A model generated the notes under the pieces. The model ran no database searches and was not told where the DNA came from. It saw nothing but the letters and a program-made list of their open reading frames with translations. This document shows positions 1-11,914 of a stretch of DNA of 64,000 nucleotides, piece after piece (position 1 is the stretch's first letter; each line of letters begins with the position of its first letter). This stretch comes from Scyliorhinus canicula (lineage: Eukaryota): positions 16,221,215-16,285,214 of the forward strand of contig NC_052152.1 in assembly GCF_902713615.1 (NCBI RefSeq), given 5' to 3'. The position numbers and the translations under genes are program-made.

Positions 1-899
1 ATGAACTCCTCGTATATTCTGATGGTTGCTTCGGAGTGGCCGGTGAATCAATTAGTTGCGATTCTGTGAAGTATGTTAGAAAGATGTGTGGGGGGGGGGG
101 GGGGGGGGGGGGGGGGGGGCGTCACATAATTACATCATCCTACAGGGCTAGCAATAAACAGAACACTTGTTGTTAGACTGGGAGATCAAGCAGAACCTCA
201 ACAGCTGCTCGCTCTCCATGATGAATGCATCCTTTCAAGTTGCCATCGGCGAGCTGTGGGAATCACAGACGGCGTTCAAACAGGATGGAAGAGTGCCGAG
301 ATTAACATGGGCTAAGGTGTGTGAGCAGGTACTTCCAACATGAGATACGCTGTGTGAGTAAGTGGATTCAAGAAAGTGTGTGACAACTGAGGAACCCTGT
401 ACAAACGCCCATTAAGATTCAAGTGATACAGAAAACGTCCATGATAAAAATGATGAGGAATATATTCACAAAGGCCTTATGCTTGTGGACTAATGGTAGC
501 CAACATTAAATTTCACTGGTCAGCTTTCCTGCTCGGACCATTTCTTGTCCTTTAAAAGAGAGTTGTTTGATCATTTAAGTGTTGCAAGGCTCTGGCTGTA
601 ATGGGCGAGAATGCAGTGTTCTGTTGGTCTGGTGCCAGCAATCATGGCACAGAGCCGGCAAGTTAAAGTTGCAAGAACCAGCTGTTTAGCCAAGTGAGCT
701 AAACCAGCCCTGAGTTAATACTAGACTGATATTCGCTTGAGTGTCGAAGATTAAGCAAGTGGTTGATCTATCTGAGGTGCTTAAGATGGTTAAAGGAGTT
801 GATAGGATAGAGAAAGAGAGAAGCTATAGTGTGTGCCGGATTTTGTGTTGCTAATTTCTGATCACTGTTACTGGACATCGGAGAGCTCCCAAAACCTGT

Positions 900-1225
900 G
901 GGAGGTGGCGATCCAGTAGCATTATCTTTGGACCAGCAATGACTGATTCGCTGGGCAACTGGATTCAAATCGTACCACAGAAGATGGTAAAATTTGAATT
1001 TGAAGTCAAATGGTGACCATAGAACTATTGTCAGTTGTTGCAAAAACCCATCTGGTTCACTCTTTAAAGGCAGGAAATCATCCTTACCTGGTCTGACCCC
1101 AGACCCACATCAATATGGTTGACTCTTAACTGCCCTCTGAAATGGTCCAGCAAGCCACTCAGTTCAAGGGCAATTAGGGATGGGCAATAAATGCTGGCCT
1201 AGCCAGCGATACCCACATCTCATGG
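900..1225 (+). mobile_element. tRNA-derived SINE, family B (core aaacccatctggttcac, tail gggcaataaatgctggcc)
   Basis: Degenerate A/B-box head; same core recurs at 6045-6400, 9005-9305 and 9570-9850. Confidence 0.8.
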
Positions 1226-2369
1226 CTAATCTGAAAATTACCGTTGGCCAACTAACGCTACTTTCTATAATTCACTACATTAAATGGCAAGGATGGAACT
1301 AGAGTGAATTTGGACGAACTGCCCACTAATTCTGAATGAATTACACCACAGTATTTCTAAGCATTAGGGGCCTCCTCGCAATTTGTAAATACCTAACGAG
1401 CTGATCCGACCTATTTTAAAAGTTTAAAATTGAGTGTTTTTTTTTAACAGAAGACCTTCTAAAAGACTGATAAAACATGGTAAACACTAAAACCTACGTG
1501 CAGCATTTTCACATTTTGAGACTAAGTGTAGGGGAGCGAACATGGAGAGTTTTCTGCTTTGGAGGCTGGCGAGAAAACACGGCAAATTTTCCATCCCCAA
1601 TCTTATTCCTATACATCCGAGTGCTTTACCCACATTCAGTGATGGGCAGGCCTGGATGCTGCATGGTCTCCCATCATGTCCGGGATCCATATAGAAAAGG
1701 TGCCTGTAATAACCCTCCCCAGACCCACGGGGATGACCCTATTGATCTCCCGTTGGAGCTCGTGGAATACGAGCTGCCCCACTAAGGGACTGACGCCTAG
1801 CAGCTGGGGCTCATGAACCAGGTATTCAAAAGTCGGCCCAGATTGGGACCGGCATGATTGGTGGTCCCGGCTGGAACTGTGCTACTGTGCTACATGCCGT
1901 GCTGCGGCTTTTACTTTTGTTTGCCTAATAAACCTTCATTGTTTAACCTTCTCGGGACTCCTGAAGTTATTATCCTGGCGACGAGGAGAAATCACAGCCG
2001 CGGTTCTGGATGACGTTTGAATTCCTCAATGCAAGAGCAAGGTCAGAGGCTTTCGACACAGATGTAGAAGATTGGGCCCAGTATACTGAACGGATGCTGT
2101 ATTTCTTTCAGGCAAACACACTTACAGGAGATGACCAACAAAAGGTCCTGACTACCTGTTGTCCCATTGGATGGATGATGGGACGGGAGAGGCCAATAGC
2201 CTATGCATTGAGAAACCTGGCTGACAAGGAGAACAGGTATGCCCAGATTGAAAGGGAAGGACTGGCCATGATTTTCGTCGTCAAAAACTCCATCAATATG
2301 TTTATGGGCAGCTCTTTGCAATCATCACAGACCAGAAACATTCATTCCAAATCTGGCAAGCAACTGGCA

Positions 2370-2860
2370 CCACTGCATCACAGCCTGGTATGGCAACTGC
2401 TCGGCCCAAGACTGCAACAAACTTCAGAGAGTTGTGAATACCGCCCAGTCCATCACACGAACCTGCCTCCCATCCATTGACTCCATCTACACTTCCCGCT
2501 GCCTTGGGAAAGCGGGCAGCATAATCAAAGACCCCTCCCACCCGGCTTACTCACTCTTCCAACTTCTTCCATCGGGCAGAAGATACAAAAGTCAGAGAAC
2601 ACGCACAAACAGACTCAAAAACAGCTTCTTCCCCACTGTTACCAGACTCCTAAATGACCCTCTTATGGACTGACCTCATTAACACTACACCCCTGTATGC
2701 TTCACTCGATGCTGGTGTCTACATATTTACATTGGCCACCTTGTATTGTCCTATTATGTATTTTCTCTTCATGTACTAAATGATCTGTTTGGGCTGCATG
2801 CAGAAAAATACTTTTCACTGTACCTCGGTACACATGACAATAAACAAATCTAAATCTAAA
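2370..2860 (+). mobile_element. Rex1/Babar-type LINE 3' fragment nested in Gypsy
   Basis: ORF 2434-2673 (IIKDPSHP..LLPSGRRY..RTNRLKNSFFP) and tail tgacaataaacaaatctaaatc; homologous to 42050-42640. Confidence 0.85.
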
Positions 2861-4449
2861 CATGCATTCTTAAAGAAACATCAGAATTGGGCATGGAGGT
2901 GCCACAAGAAAAGACATTTGCCAAAGGCATTTGACAACTGCCGTCCTCTCGACTGTTAACGAATTACGACCCTTGCAAACCACTCCTAATCACGTGCGAT
3001 GCCTCTCCATATGGCATTGGGGCAGTGTTGTCCCATTCAATGCATGATGGGATGGGAGAGGCCAATAGCCTATGCATTGAGAAACTTGGCTGATGCAGAG
3101 AGCAGGTACGCTCAGATTGAAAGGGAATGACTGGCTATGATTTTGTGGTCAAAAATGACATCAATACGTTTATGGGCAGCTCTTTGCAATCATCAAAGAC
3201 CAGTTAGTTGGCCTTTTCAAAGAAGACACCACTGATAGTCAAACATACTACTGATAGTTTCAGCCAAATACAGCGATGGCGTTGGTGGAGTATGAGTTGC
3301 CTTTGAGTATTTCCCGGGTGCACAGATTGCCGACTCCCATTGCCAACATGCTCCTCATCCCCACCAATAGTGGATACGGTCATGTTGGTGCTAAATTCTA
3401 TGGACGCCATTTGTGTGTGGATGAAAAATCACCAACATTGGCAAAGTTGCACCACATGAGGGACTACAGGGAAAACGGCCTGAAGAACTGTGGGTTTTCA
3501 CAACTAAGCAACAGGAGCTCAGTGTTGAAGACAGCATTCTCCTCTGAGGATCCCATGTACTGTCCCAAGGCAAAGCTGGAAAGCCATCCTACACGACCTG
3601 CATAATAACCACCTCCAATATGAAGATCCTCACCAGAGGTTATGCGTAGTGGCCTAGGCTTGATGATGACATTGAAAGGTTGATGAAACAGCCCACAACA
3701 GGTCAGGAACATCAAAAGCTCCTGCCATCAGCCTCAATTTACCCCTGGGAGTGGCCAGGCCAACCCTGGGTGGGGTTCCTTGTCGCCTTCGCCGGGCCTG
3801 TCTTAGGGGCAATGTTTCTACCACTCATTGACGCCCACTCACCGGATGCCATCTACCACTTCACAACCACTATTGAGAAGCTACGCCAGTCATTCAGTGG
3901 TGCTCGTCACTGATAATGGCACCCCTTTCACCAGCGAGGAATTCCCGAAGTAAATGCAGGTGAATAGAGTGAAACACATTCGGAACGTCCTGTACAACCC
4001 TTCTTCAAACGGCATGGCTGAGCGGGAGATACAGACCTTTAAGAAGGGAATAAAGAAACAAGCCACAGGGTCAGTTGAGACAAAATTGATGCGTTTCCTT
4101 TTCGACTATCAGACCACACTGCACATAACGATTCAGGTAGCATCGGCAGAATTACTGATGGGCCGAAGACTACGAACCCACCTAAGACTAACGTTACCCA
4201 ATCTTGGTGGAAAGGTGGAGAGGAACCATGATCTCCGGAAAAGTACAATGTCCACCGGAAACAGGACAAGGGGTTAAAGCCAGGGTACACTTTGTACATC
4301 CGGAATTTGGGGGACAGTGTCCGTTGGATACCGGTAACCACAGGAAAGAAGACTGGTCCAGCCTCTTATATGGTTAAAACTAAGGGGTAGATGGTACGCC
4401 AAATGATAGATTGATACAATGATACGCAAAGCCGATGATATACAACCAT

Positions 4450-5006
4450 CAGTTGTATAGAACCTTGGTAAGGCCGCACTTGGAATATTGCGCACATTTC
4501 TGGTCGCCACATTACCACAAGGATGTGGAGGCTTTGCAGAGGATGCAGAGAAGGTTTACCAAGATGTTGCCTGGTCTGCAGGGTGTTAGCTATGAGGAGA
4601 GGCTGAATAGACTCAGACTGTTTTCATTAGACTGACGGAGGTTGAGGGGCGACCTGATAGACGTCTACAGGATTATGAGAGGCGTGGATAGAGTGGATGG
4701 GCAGGCACTCTTCCCAAGGGTGGAGGGACCAGTCACTAGGGGGCATAGGTTTAAGGTCCATTGGGCAAAGTGGAGAGGAGATGTGCGAGACAGGCTTTTT
4801 ACACAGAGGGTGCTAGGTGAGGTTGTGGAAGCAGATACATGAACAGCATTCAAAAGGCATTTCGACAATACTTGGATAGGATGGGTATAGAGGGATATGG
4901 CACTAGGAAGTGCTGAGGGTTTTGGCCAAGTATTGTTTCATGACCGGTACAGGCTTGGAGGGCCGAAGGGCCTGTTCCTGTGCTGTATTGTTCTTTATTC
5001 TTGTTC
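4450..5006 (+). mobile_element. CR1 LINE 3' fragment nested in Gypsy
   Basis: LYRTLVRPHLEYC..WSPH, RGDLI..TRGH motifs; tail gggccgaagggcctgttcctgtgctg. Confidence 0.9.
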
Positions 5007-5799
5007 TATCTCAAATGTAGGGAATCTGCACCAGAGCAACACGCGCCAGATGAATCAGGTTTTCTTCCCTCTTACCCATCAACCATGGGCCAAGGACTAA
5101 TATTTCTCAAGGGCCAGAACACAGATATGCAGAAGATGGAGGATATGGGGTCAGACATGGAGACGGAAGCATTATTAGTTTTGGTTGACATTTTGGCCAG
5201 AACCCCTCCAGTTGATTGGCGTGGAAGCTAGGCTCCCTGACACATTACACCCCCTCCCGCCCTCCAGCCCAGCCCTAGACCAAGTGGAAACACAGCCGCG
5301 GGCAAAGTGGCAAAGGAAACCTCCTCCACCTCCAGGGACCTGTGAGGAGGGATGTAATAACCCTCATGAGACCCACGCAGATGACCCAATTAATCTCCCC
5401 GTGGGGCTTGTGGAATATGAGCTCCTCCACTGAGGTGCGGAGGCCTAGCAATTGGCACTTGTGAACCAGGTACTTAAAGGCTGGCCTGGATTGGTCCCGC
5501 ATGATCGGTAGGCCCAGATGGGCCTTGTGTGCTGTTGCTGCGTTGTGGCCTTTATTTTTCTTTGCCTAATAAACCTTCAATGGTTAACCTTCGAGGGACT
5601 TCTGAAGATAATATTGTGTCTAACATCACTGACCCACAATTGAAGAAAGAAGGTGGACATCCTAAAAATGAAGATGGATCTCAGGAGCACTCTGAGATCC
5701 ATCCAATGCATGCCACATTGTTCTAAACATTTCATGCCAGCGTGTTTTCCCTCTTGCGTCATGGAGAATCTGAAGTGAAGGACACATCTTCATCGGCAT

Positions 5800-5931
5800 C
5801 ACTGGCAAATGAGGTTCATGCCGGCTTCTGCCGGGTTTTCAGGCCTATCATGGTGATCGCCAGCCGAAGACCCCATTGGAAATTCATGCCGACATGGAAC
5901 CGATTTCTGTGCTTCCCGCCATGTTCTCACC

Positions 5932-5970
<39 letters not shown>

Positions 5971-6016
5971 CACCTGCCATCAAACATGGCGGAGGGGGCT
6001 TGAGAGAATTCCACCC
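5800..6016. mobile_element. Harbinger-type MITE fragment with long poly-C tract
   Basis: Ends in TIR-like gagaattccaccc; C run at about 5933-5968. Confidence 0.5.
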
Positions 6017-6044
6017 TATTACTTGTTCTTTGGAAAACATCATT

Positions 6045-6400
6045 TTTTTCGTTATTGTGATGCGGGCATCACTGACTGGGCCAGCATTTGTTGTCCATCC
6101 CTAATTGCCCTTGAACTGAATGCTTGCTGAGGACAGTTTAGAGGCAATCACTTGCTGTGGTTCTGGAGTCACATGTCGGCCAGACTAGGTAAGGATGGCA
6201 GATTTCCTGCCCGAAAGGCATTGGTGAACCAGATGGGTTTTTACAATAATCAGTGATAGCTCGATGGTCAACATTACTGAGATAAACTTTGAATTCCACC
6301 TTTTATTAATTTACTTTAAATTCCGCCAGCTGTCATGATGGGATTTGAACATTATCAGATTGGGCTTTTGTACATGACCACAACACTGCAGCCTCCCCTA
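6045..6400 (-). mobile_element. SINE family B
   Basis: Reverse complement of 900-1225 (ggtgaaccagatgggtttttac). Confidence 0.8.
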
Positions 6401-6951
6401 CTGCATCCTGAAAAATAATGTTTACATTTTAATTCTGAAAAAATATGTTTAAATTATGACACTTTTAAAATTACGACTATGTTGCAATGTGGTAGAATTA
6501 GTCACGTTTACACAAAAAGATGATTTTCCAATGCTTCTTTTACTGTTGCAGCTTTTTCCGGGAAGGGGGGGGGGTGAAGTGACTATGTGACGAGCTCCCA
6601 GCGGCCTGATATTTTTGCCCATCCTATACAGTACTGCTGCATGTTGTTCCGGCCCGCACCAGGAGGTTATCTTTCCTCAAGGCAGCTGGAATTCCTGCCT
6701 CTGGATTGTGGTACCTTTGTGTAGAGATATCCTCATTCTCACGAACCACAAATCCAGGCCATTTTCCTCATGCTGGGAAAATTCAAATCAATGGAGCGTA
6801 ATTTTAAAATTACTGCAGAGCCTGACCATTCAGGGGAACTGTAAGGAAGCACCTCCTCATGCAAAGGATGCTGGGAATTTGGAAGTCTCTTCCCAAAAGG
6901 CCTTCGAGACTGGGGCCTTTTGAACATTTTAATACTGAGCTTAAAGATTTA

Positions 6952-7178
6952 AAAAAAAAAAATTCAGAGTACCCAATTATTTTTTTTTACAATTACAGGG
7001 GAAATTTAGTGTGGCCAATTCCACCTAACGAGCACATTTTTGAGTTGTGGGGATGAAACCCACGCAGACATGGGGAGAATGTGCAAACTTCACACGGACA
7101 GTGACCCAGGGCCGGGATTCGAACCCGGGTCCTCAGCGCCACAGTCCCAGTGCTAACCACTGCGCCAAATGCTACCCT
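6952..7178 (-). mobile_element. HE1/V-SINE-type element (short variant) inserted in an old CR1 tail
   Basis: ggattcgaacccggg B-box and gtggccaattccaccta core; flanks repeat tgagcttaaagattt (TSD). Confidence 0.85.
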
Positions 7179-7797
7179 GAGCTTAAAGATTTTTGTTAGG
7201 CAAGTGTATAGGGGGTACATGGCATTAAGATACAGCTCAATCATGATCTAAGTGAACAGTGAAACAGGCTCTAAGGGTAGAATGGCACACTCCAATGTTT
7301 CTGTGTAAACCATGGTTTATGCATATTGTATCTGATAAAGGGGCTGAAGATTACATCTGGCTGTTTATCAAGTTCAATACCCTGATCCTGCCTTCCCCCC
7401 ATATCCCTTGATCCCTTTAGCCCCAACAGCTATATCTAATTTCTCTTGAAATTACACAACGTTTTGGCCTCAATACTTTCAGCGATAGCGAATTCCACAG
7501 ATTCACCACTCTCTGGGTGAAAACTTGGGAGAGGGAAGAGGAAGGGAGGGGCTGTGCAACATCCATTGCGAAGTTTTAACACGGATACCTCCTCAGCAGA
7601 TGCTGCAGGTAACCTGCGCCAACGATCAACACAATCCCATACATGTTGGACTCACAAATCAGGCCCCTTCAATCTACATTGTCAGAGCAGCTCAAAACAA
7701 CCTCTTGATACTATGCTAAAGGAGCTATATAAATGCATGTTGTTGCTGTTGTGGTCTGGACACCATCTTGGTTCAGATATAGTATGCAGCCTTGCAA

Positions 7798-8124
7798 ATA
7801 GAACATGCAGTGCAGAAGGAGACCATTCGGCCCATCGAGTCTGCACCGACCCACTCAAGCCCTCACTTCCACCCTATCCCCTCAGACCCAGAACCCGATA
7901 ACCCCTCCTGACCTTTTTGGTCAAAAGGGCAATTTATCATGTCAAATCCACCTAACCTGCACATCTTGGACTGTGGGGGGAAAACCGCAGCACCCGGAGG
8001 AAACCCCCGCAGACAAGGGGAGAACGTGCAGACTCCGCACAGACAATGGCCCAGTGGGGAATTGAACCTGGGATCCTGGTGCTGTGAAGCCACAGTGCTA
8101 TCCACTTGTTCTACCATGCTGCCC
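7798..8124 (-). mobile_element. HE1 SINE
   Basis: tRNA head ending catgctgccc; ccacctaacctgcacatcttggac core; CR1-like tail cattcggcccatcgag. Confidence 0.9.
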
Positions 8125-8924
8125 AAATAGACTTGAAGGTGAAGCCATTCACAATGAAAACAGACCCTGTACTCAGCCAGGTTGCTGAACTCCCTTCAGG
8201 AGTCGCCAGGGAGGTTGGAGTAAAATATGGGGTAAAGTTTAGGGCTTAGTTCTCTTGGTGGACAGCTTTGGGGCCAGGCACATATATTCGGACAGGTAAC
8301 TCAAGCATTGTCAGTGACTGCATATCCTCCATCTCCTAATTTGACTGCATTAAAAAAAAATGTAGATTCTGATCAGGCTTTACGTCAAATACCTAGTATG
8401 CGCTTGCGTCAATTGACACTATGTTGGGAACACTAAGTATACACGTATTTAGTTTCCACTTTAACTCTGCAGTTCTTCATCCTCAATGACATTTGAGCAA
8501 ATATTTGAGTTATTTTCTTACTTTGTGGGGTTTTTGCTCTGTTTAAATGGGTCTGAATTGCCACTTTTTCACTAAACTCAGCAAAATTAGTGGAATGTGG
8601 GTCCTTTCGCATGAACATGCATCTCTGGTTATCCAAATACTCTCAAATTGGCATCAATTCAACTCCACCCACAGGAGTCCAAAAAGTAACGTAATGGAAT
8701 CTCAGCTATCTGGTTCGTCTAATCTTTGCATGGCCTCGGGGAATGATACTTTACTTGTTTGTGCTCCAGGGGTGATATTTAATGAAGCGTTTATAAGGAA
8801 TTTATAAGAGCCAACAGAGGCCCATGTAGAGTATGAAAAGGAACCACTGCAAATTGTTTGCAGTGCGGGCAGGGCTGCTAAGCAGAGTGCACAGTTGGTT
8901 GGTAAAATAATCAGAGGCGACACG

Positions 8925-9568
8925 AGGGGTTATTACCGCTGGTTAACACTGCTGTCTCACAACGCCAGCGACTCGGGTTTGATTCCGACCTCGGGTCACT
9001 TTGTTTGTATTCGTTCATGGATGTGGGCTTCGGTGCCTGTGCCAGCATTTATTGCCCATCCCTGAGGCATTTCAGAGTCAACCACATTGTTGTGGATCTG
9101 GAGTCACATGTAGGCCAGGTCTGGTCAGGGTGACAGATGGGTTTTTACGACAATCGGCAATGGTTACATGGTTCCAGATGACAGATTTCTATTGAATTCA
9201 AATCTCACCATTGACATGGCGGGATTTTGAATTCAGGTCCCCCAGAGCATGACTCTGGTCTCTCGATTACTAGTCGAGTGTTAATATCACAACCCCATTG
9301 CCTCCCTCTGTCAGTGTGGAGTTTGCACATTTATCCGTGTGTCTGCGTGGGTTTCCTCGGGTGCTCCAGTTTCCGCCCCACAGTCCAAAGATGTGCAGGT
9401 TAGGTAGATTGGCATAGTGAATTGCCACTTAGTGTCGAAGATGTGGAAGGGGTTATAGAGAGGAGGGATAGGGAGGAGATTGGTTCAGGGAAGGGTTTTC
9501 TTTCAGAGGGTCGGTGCAGACTGGATGGGCTAAATGCCTCATCCTGCATTGTAGGGAATCAATGATTC
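8925..9568 (+). mobile_element. HE1 SINE interrupted by an antisense family-B SINE (about 9005-9305)
   Basis: Head ends gggtcact at about 9000 and resumes ctgtcagtgtggagtttgcac at about 9307. Confidence 0.8.
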
Positions 9569-9569
9569 T

Positions 9570-9850
9570 ATTTTTTAATTCGCTTTTGGGATGGGGCATT
9601 TAAGAGTCAACCACATTGCTGTGGATCTGAAGTTACATGTCGGCTTAAAGGACATTAGTGAACCAGATGGGTTTTTACGACAATTGACAACGGCTTTTTA
9701 GGCATTTAATTCCAGAATTTTTATTGAACTCAAATTTCACCACCTGCCATGGTGGAATTCAACCCTGCATCCCCAAAGCATTACTCCTAGTCTCTGGATT
9801 ACTAGTTCAGCGAGAATACCACTATACCCTACCTCCCTGCCACTGCCTCC
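9570..9850 (-). mobile_element. SINE family B
   Basis: gacattagtgaaccagatgggtttttacgac core. Confidence 0.8.
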
Positions 9851-10319
9851 ATGATTATGGACAGCAATTCACTGCCTGAAAGAGTTGTGCAAGCTAATCG
9901 ATAGTAGCATCCAGAAAGGAATCGGATCAATACTTGAAAGGAAAAACATTCTGAGGATTGTTGGGAAAAAGCAGGAGAGTGGGATTAACTGAATAACTAA
10001 TTGAAGAGTTGGCACACAAAATGGGCTGAAGGTCCCTTGTGCTGTACATGTCATAACGCTATGAATCTTTGAAATACTTCATTGGTTGTCAAACTCTGGG
10101 ACATCTTGAGATTGTGGAAATTACTATATAGATGCAAAATGTTATGATCCCCTGCAGAGATAACTTTTAAAAAGACATTTTAACTTCTGGTCAACGGCTG
10201 AAAGGAGCACCTGACAGGATTTAACGCTTTAAGGCCTTCAACGCAATACACAAATTCAAGACAATGTTGACTAAACATTATTTCAGGAGGCAACTAATGT
10301 CACACAAGGTCATATAAGA

Positions 10320-10752
10320 GGCACTGCCAGGGTTCCAGGCTGGCAGTGCCAAGGTTTCCGGGTGCCATTGGGAGTGCCATGGTACCGCCTTGCCCAGAGT
10401 CCAACCACCAGGAGGCCTTCAATGGCCTGGGAGACCTCCCAAGGTGCCGTTACACCTGGTTCATGTTTGTGTGGACCATTGCCAAACGGCGCCATGGTTT
10501 GGTCTCCCAGGTGAGGCCGTTAGTTCCGGGCCTTGGGAGAATCTGGCATGGACATATTTAAATGAGCCTTAAATATGTTAATCTGGATCTTGCCCAGCGA
10601 AGGCAAGATCCAGATTGCAATGTCTCACGATATGCCATTAGATCTCGCAACACGTTCAGAGCATTTTGAATCTCGGGAGAGGCCTCTCGCAAGATTAAAT
10701 GGCCTCATGACATCACCAAGTCAGTGCAATGAGGACATTGGATCGCGTCTCA
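10320..10752. mobile_element. Harbinger-type MITE fragment
   Basis: ggcac/gtgcc-rich interior shared with 53256-54379 and 54395-55222; TIR-like ggatcgcgtc end. Confidence 0.6.
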
Positions 10753-11814
10753 CGTGTTGAAGCCAAAGCATCGCAGTGTAACAGGGAGGCCCAGATTTCC
10801 AAGTTTCACGACAGAGACTCCCCTTTGAACCCCTCAAACCACCTTGTCAAAATTAAGACCATAGTTTCTGACGGGGGCGGGGGATTTGAAGTGTTCATTT
10901 GAGTGCAAACCTTTCTGCTCTTTTTGTGTACCAGCGCTTTTTCGTGAATTTTGATTGAGATATGTTTCGTAGATGCACCTATAATTTGCGACTTGAGATT
11001 CCCATTATTTTATAGAAATCCGGAAATGTTATAACCTGGAAAAAGGTCCAACCAGTCCATGCCAACATTGGTTTTCTGTTCAAGAAAATAATCCTAATCA
11101 CATTTACTCGCCCCTTTCCGTCATTCGCCTGTTTAAAGTAGTCTTGAATGTCAACAACATGATTTCTGCCTCAACCACAAGTACGAGAAGCAACTTCCAC
11201 CGCCTAATTGTTATTCAGTAACTCCCCCTCCCACTCTCCATTGCTGCAAGTGGACATTGAATAAGCACAGGATTAAACTCAGTGGCGACATGCTCCAAAT
11301 GCCAATACCTGGCTCTGCTGCATCCAAAAGCAGCCACTCAGTGAAGCAGGAAGGATATCCTGGGCCCCGAGACCTGTACCAACCAAAGAGCCAGTGCTTT
11401 TCAGGAAAGGATTAGAGAGAATTGGAAACAAAAGTTGCAAGCGGGCTTCAAATTATACGCTGTCAACATCTACTAATGAATGTGTGGAGAGGATTATACT
11501 CTGTGATTCAGTTTAGCAGGTTGTTAAACTGTTCCTTCCCTCCGGGTTTGCCTCAGTTGAATACTTGGACTGTGCAAATATTACCACCTGCTAAACGCCA
11601 GGTTTTTGGATCAATGGAAGGAAGTAATTTAATGAAGAAGTTGTGCATGGTTTTGAGCTTAGCCCTTTTTAAAACTTTTCTTCCAAGCTCCACTCCAACG
11701 CCAAGGTATCGGAGCTGCGGGGGAGGGGGAGTTGGGTTGCGGGAGGGATTTCCTCGACACACGAGGGCTAGCAAAGCCAATAAGGATTTTAGGTTGTAAT
11801 TTGCTGGAGCCTGA

Positions 11815-11914
11815 NNNNNNNNNNNNNNNNNNNNNNNNNNNNNNNNNNNNNNNNNNNNNNNNNNNNNNNNNNNNNNNNNNNNNNNNNNNNNNNNNNNNNN
11901 NNNNNNNNNNNNNN
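11815..11914. other. Assembly gap (100 N)
   Basis: Run of exactly 100 N, a typical scaffolding placeholder. Confidence 0.99.

Larger units (their letters stand above)
1705..5615 (+). mobile_element. Decayed Gypsy LTR retrotransposon (gag, RNase H and integrase remnants; RT deleted)
   Basis: LTRs 1705-1974 and 5353-5615 start TGTAATAACCC; PBS tggcgacgagg at 1976; purine tract gaggaggga before the 3' LTR; TSD gtgcc/gtgtc; peptides EDWAQYTERMLYFFQAN (gag), DASPYGIGAVLSH..ERPIAYA..YAQIERE (RNase H), PSSNGMAERE (integrase). Confidence 0.92.
548..11814. repeat. Copy 1 of 11.3 kb near-identical duplication (ends at N gap)
   Basis: Colinear with 11915-23187 from tcctttaaa(a)gagag to ttgctggagcctga; ORF track repeats with an offset of about 11.36 kb. 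Confidence 0.97.

Noticed and set aside
5742-6130. Proline-rich or glycine-rich proteins
   Set aside because: Translation of a poly-C tract; the frames differ between the two duplicate copies.
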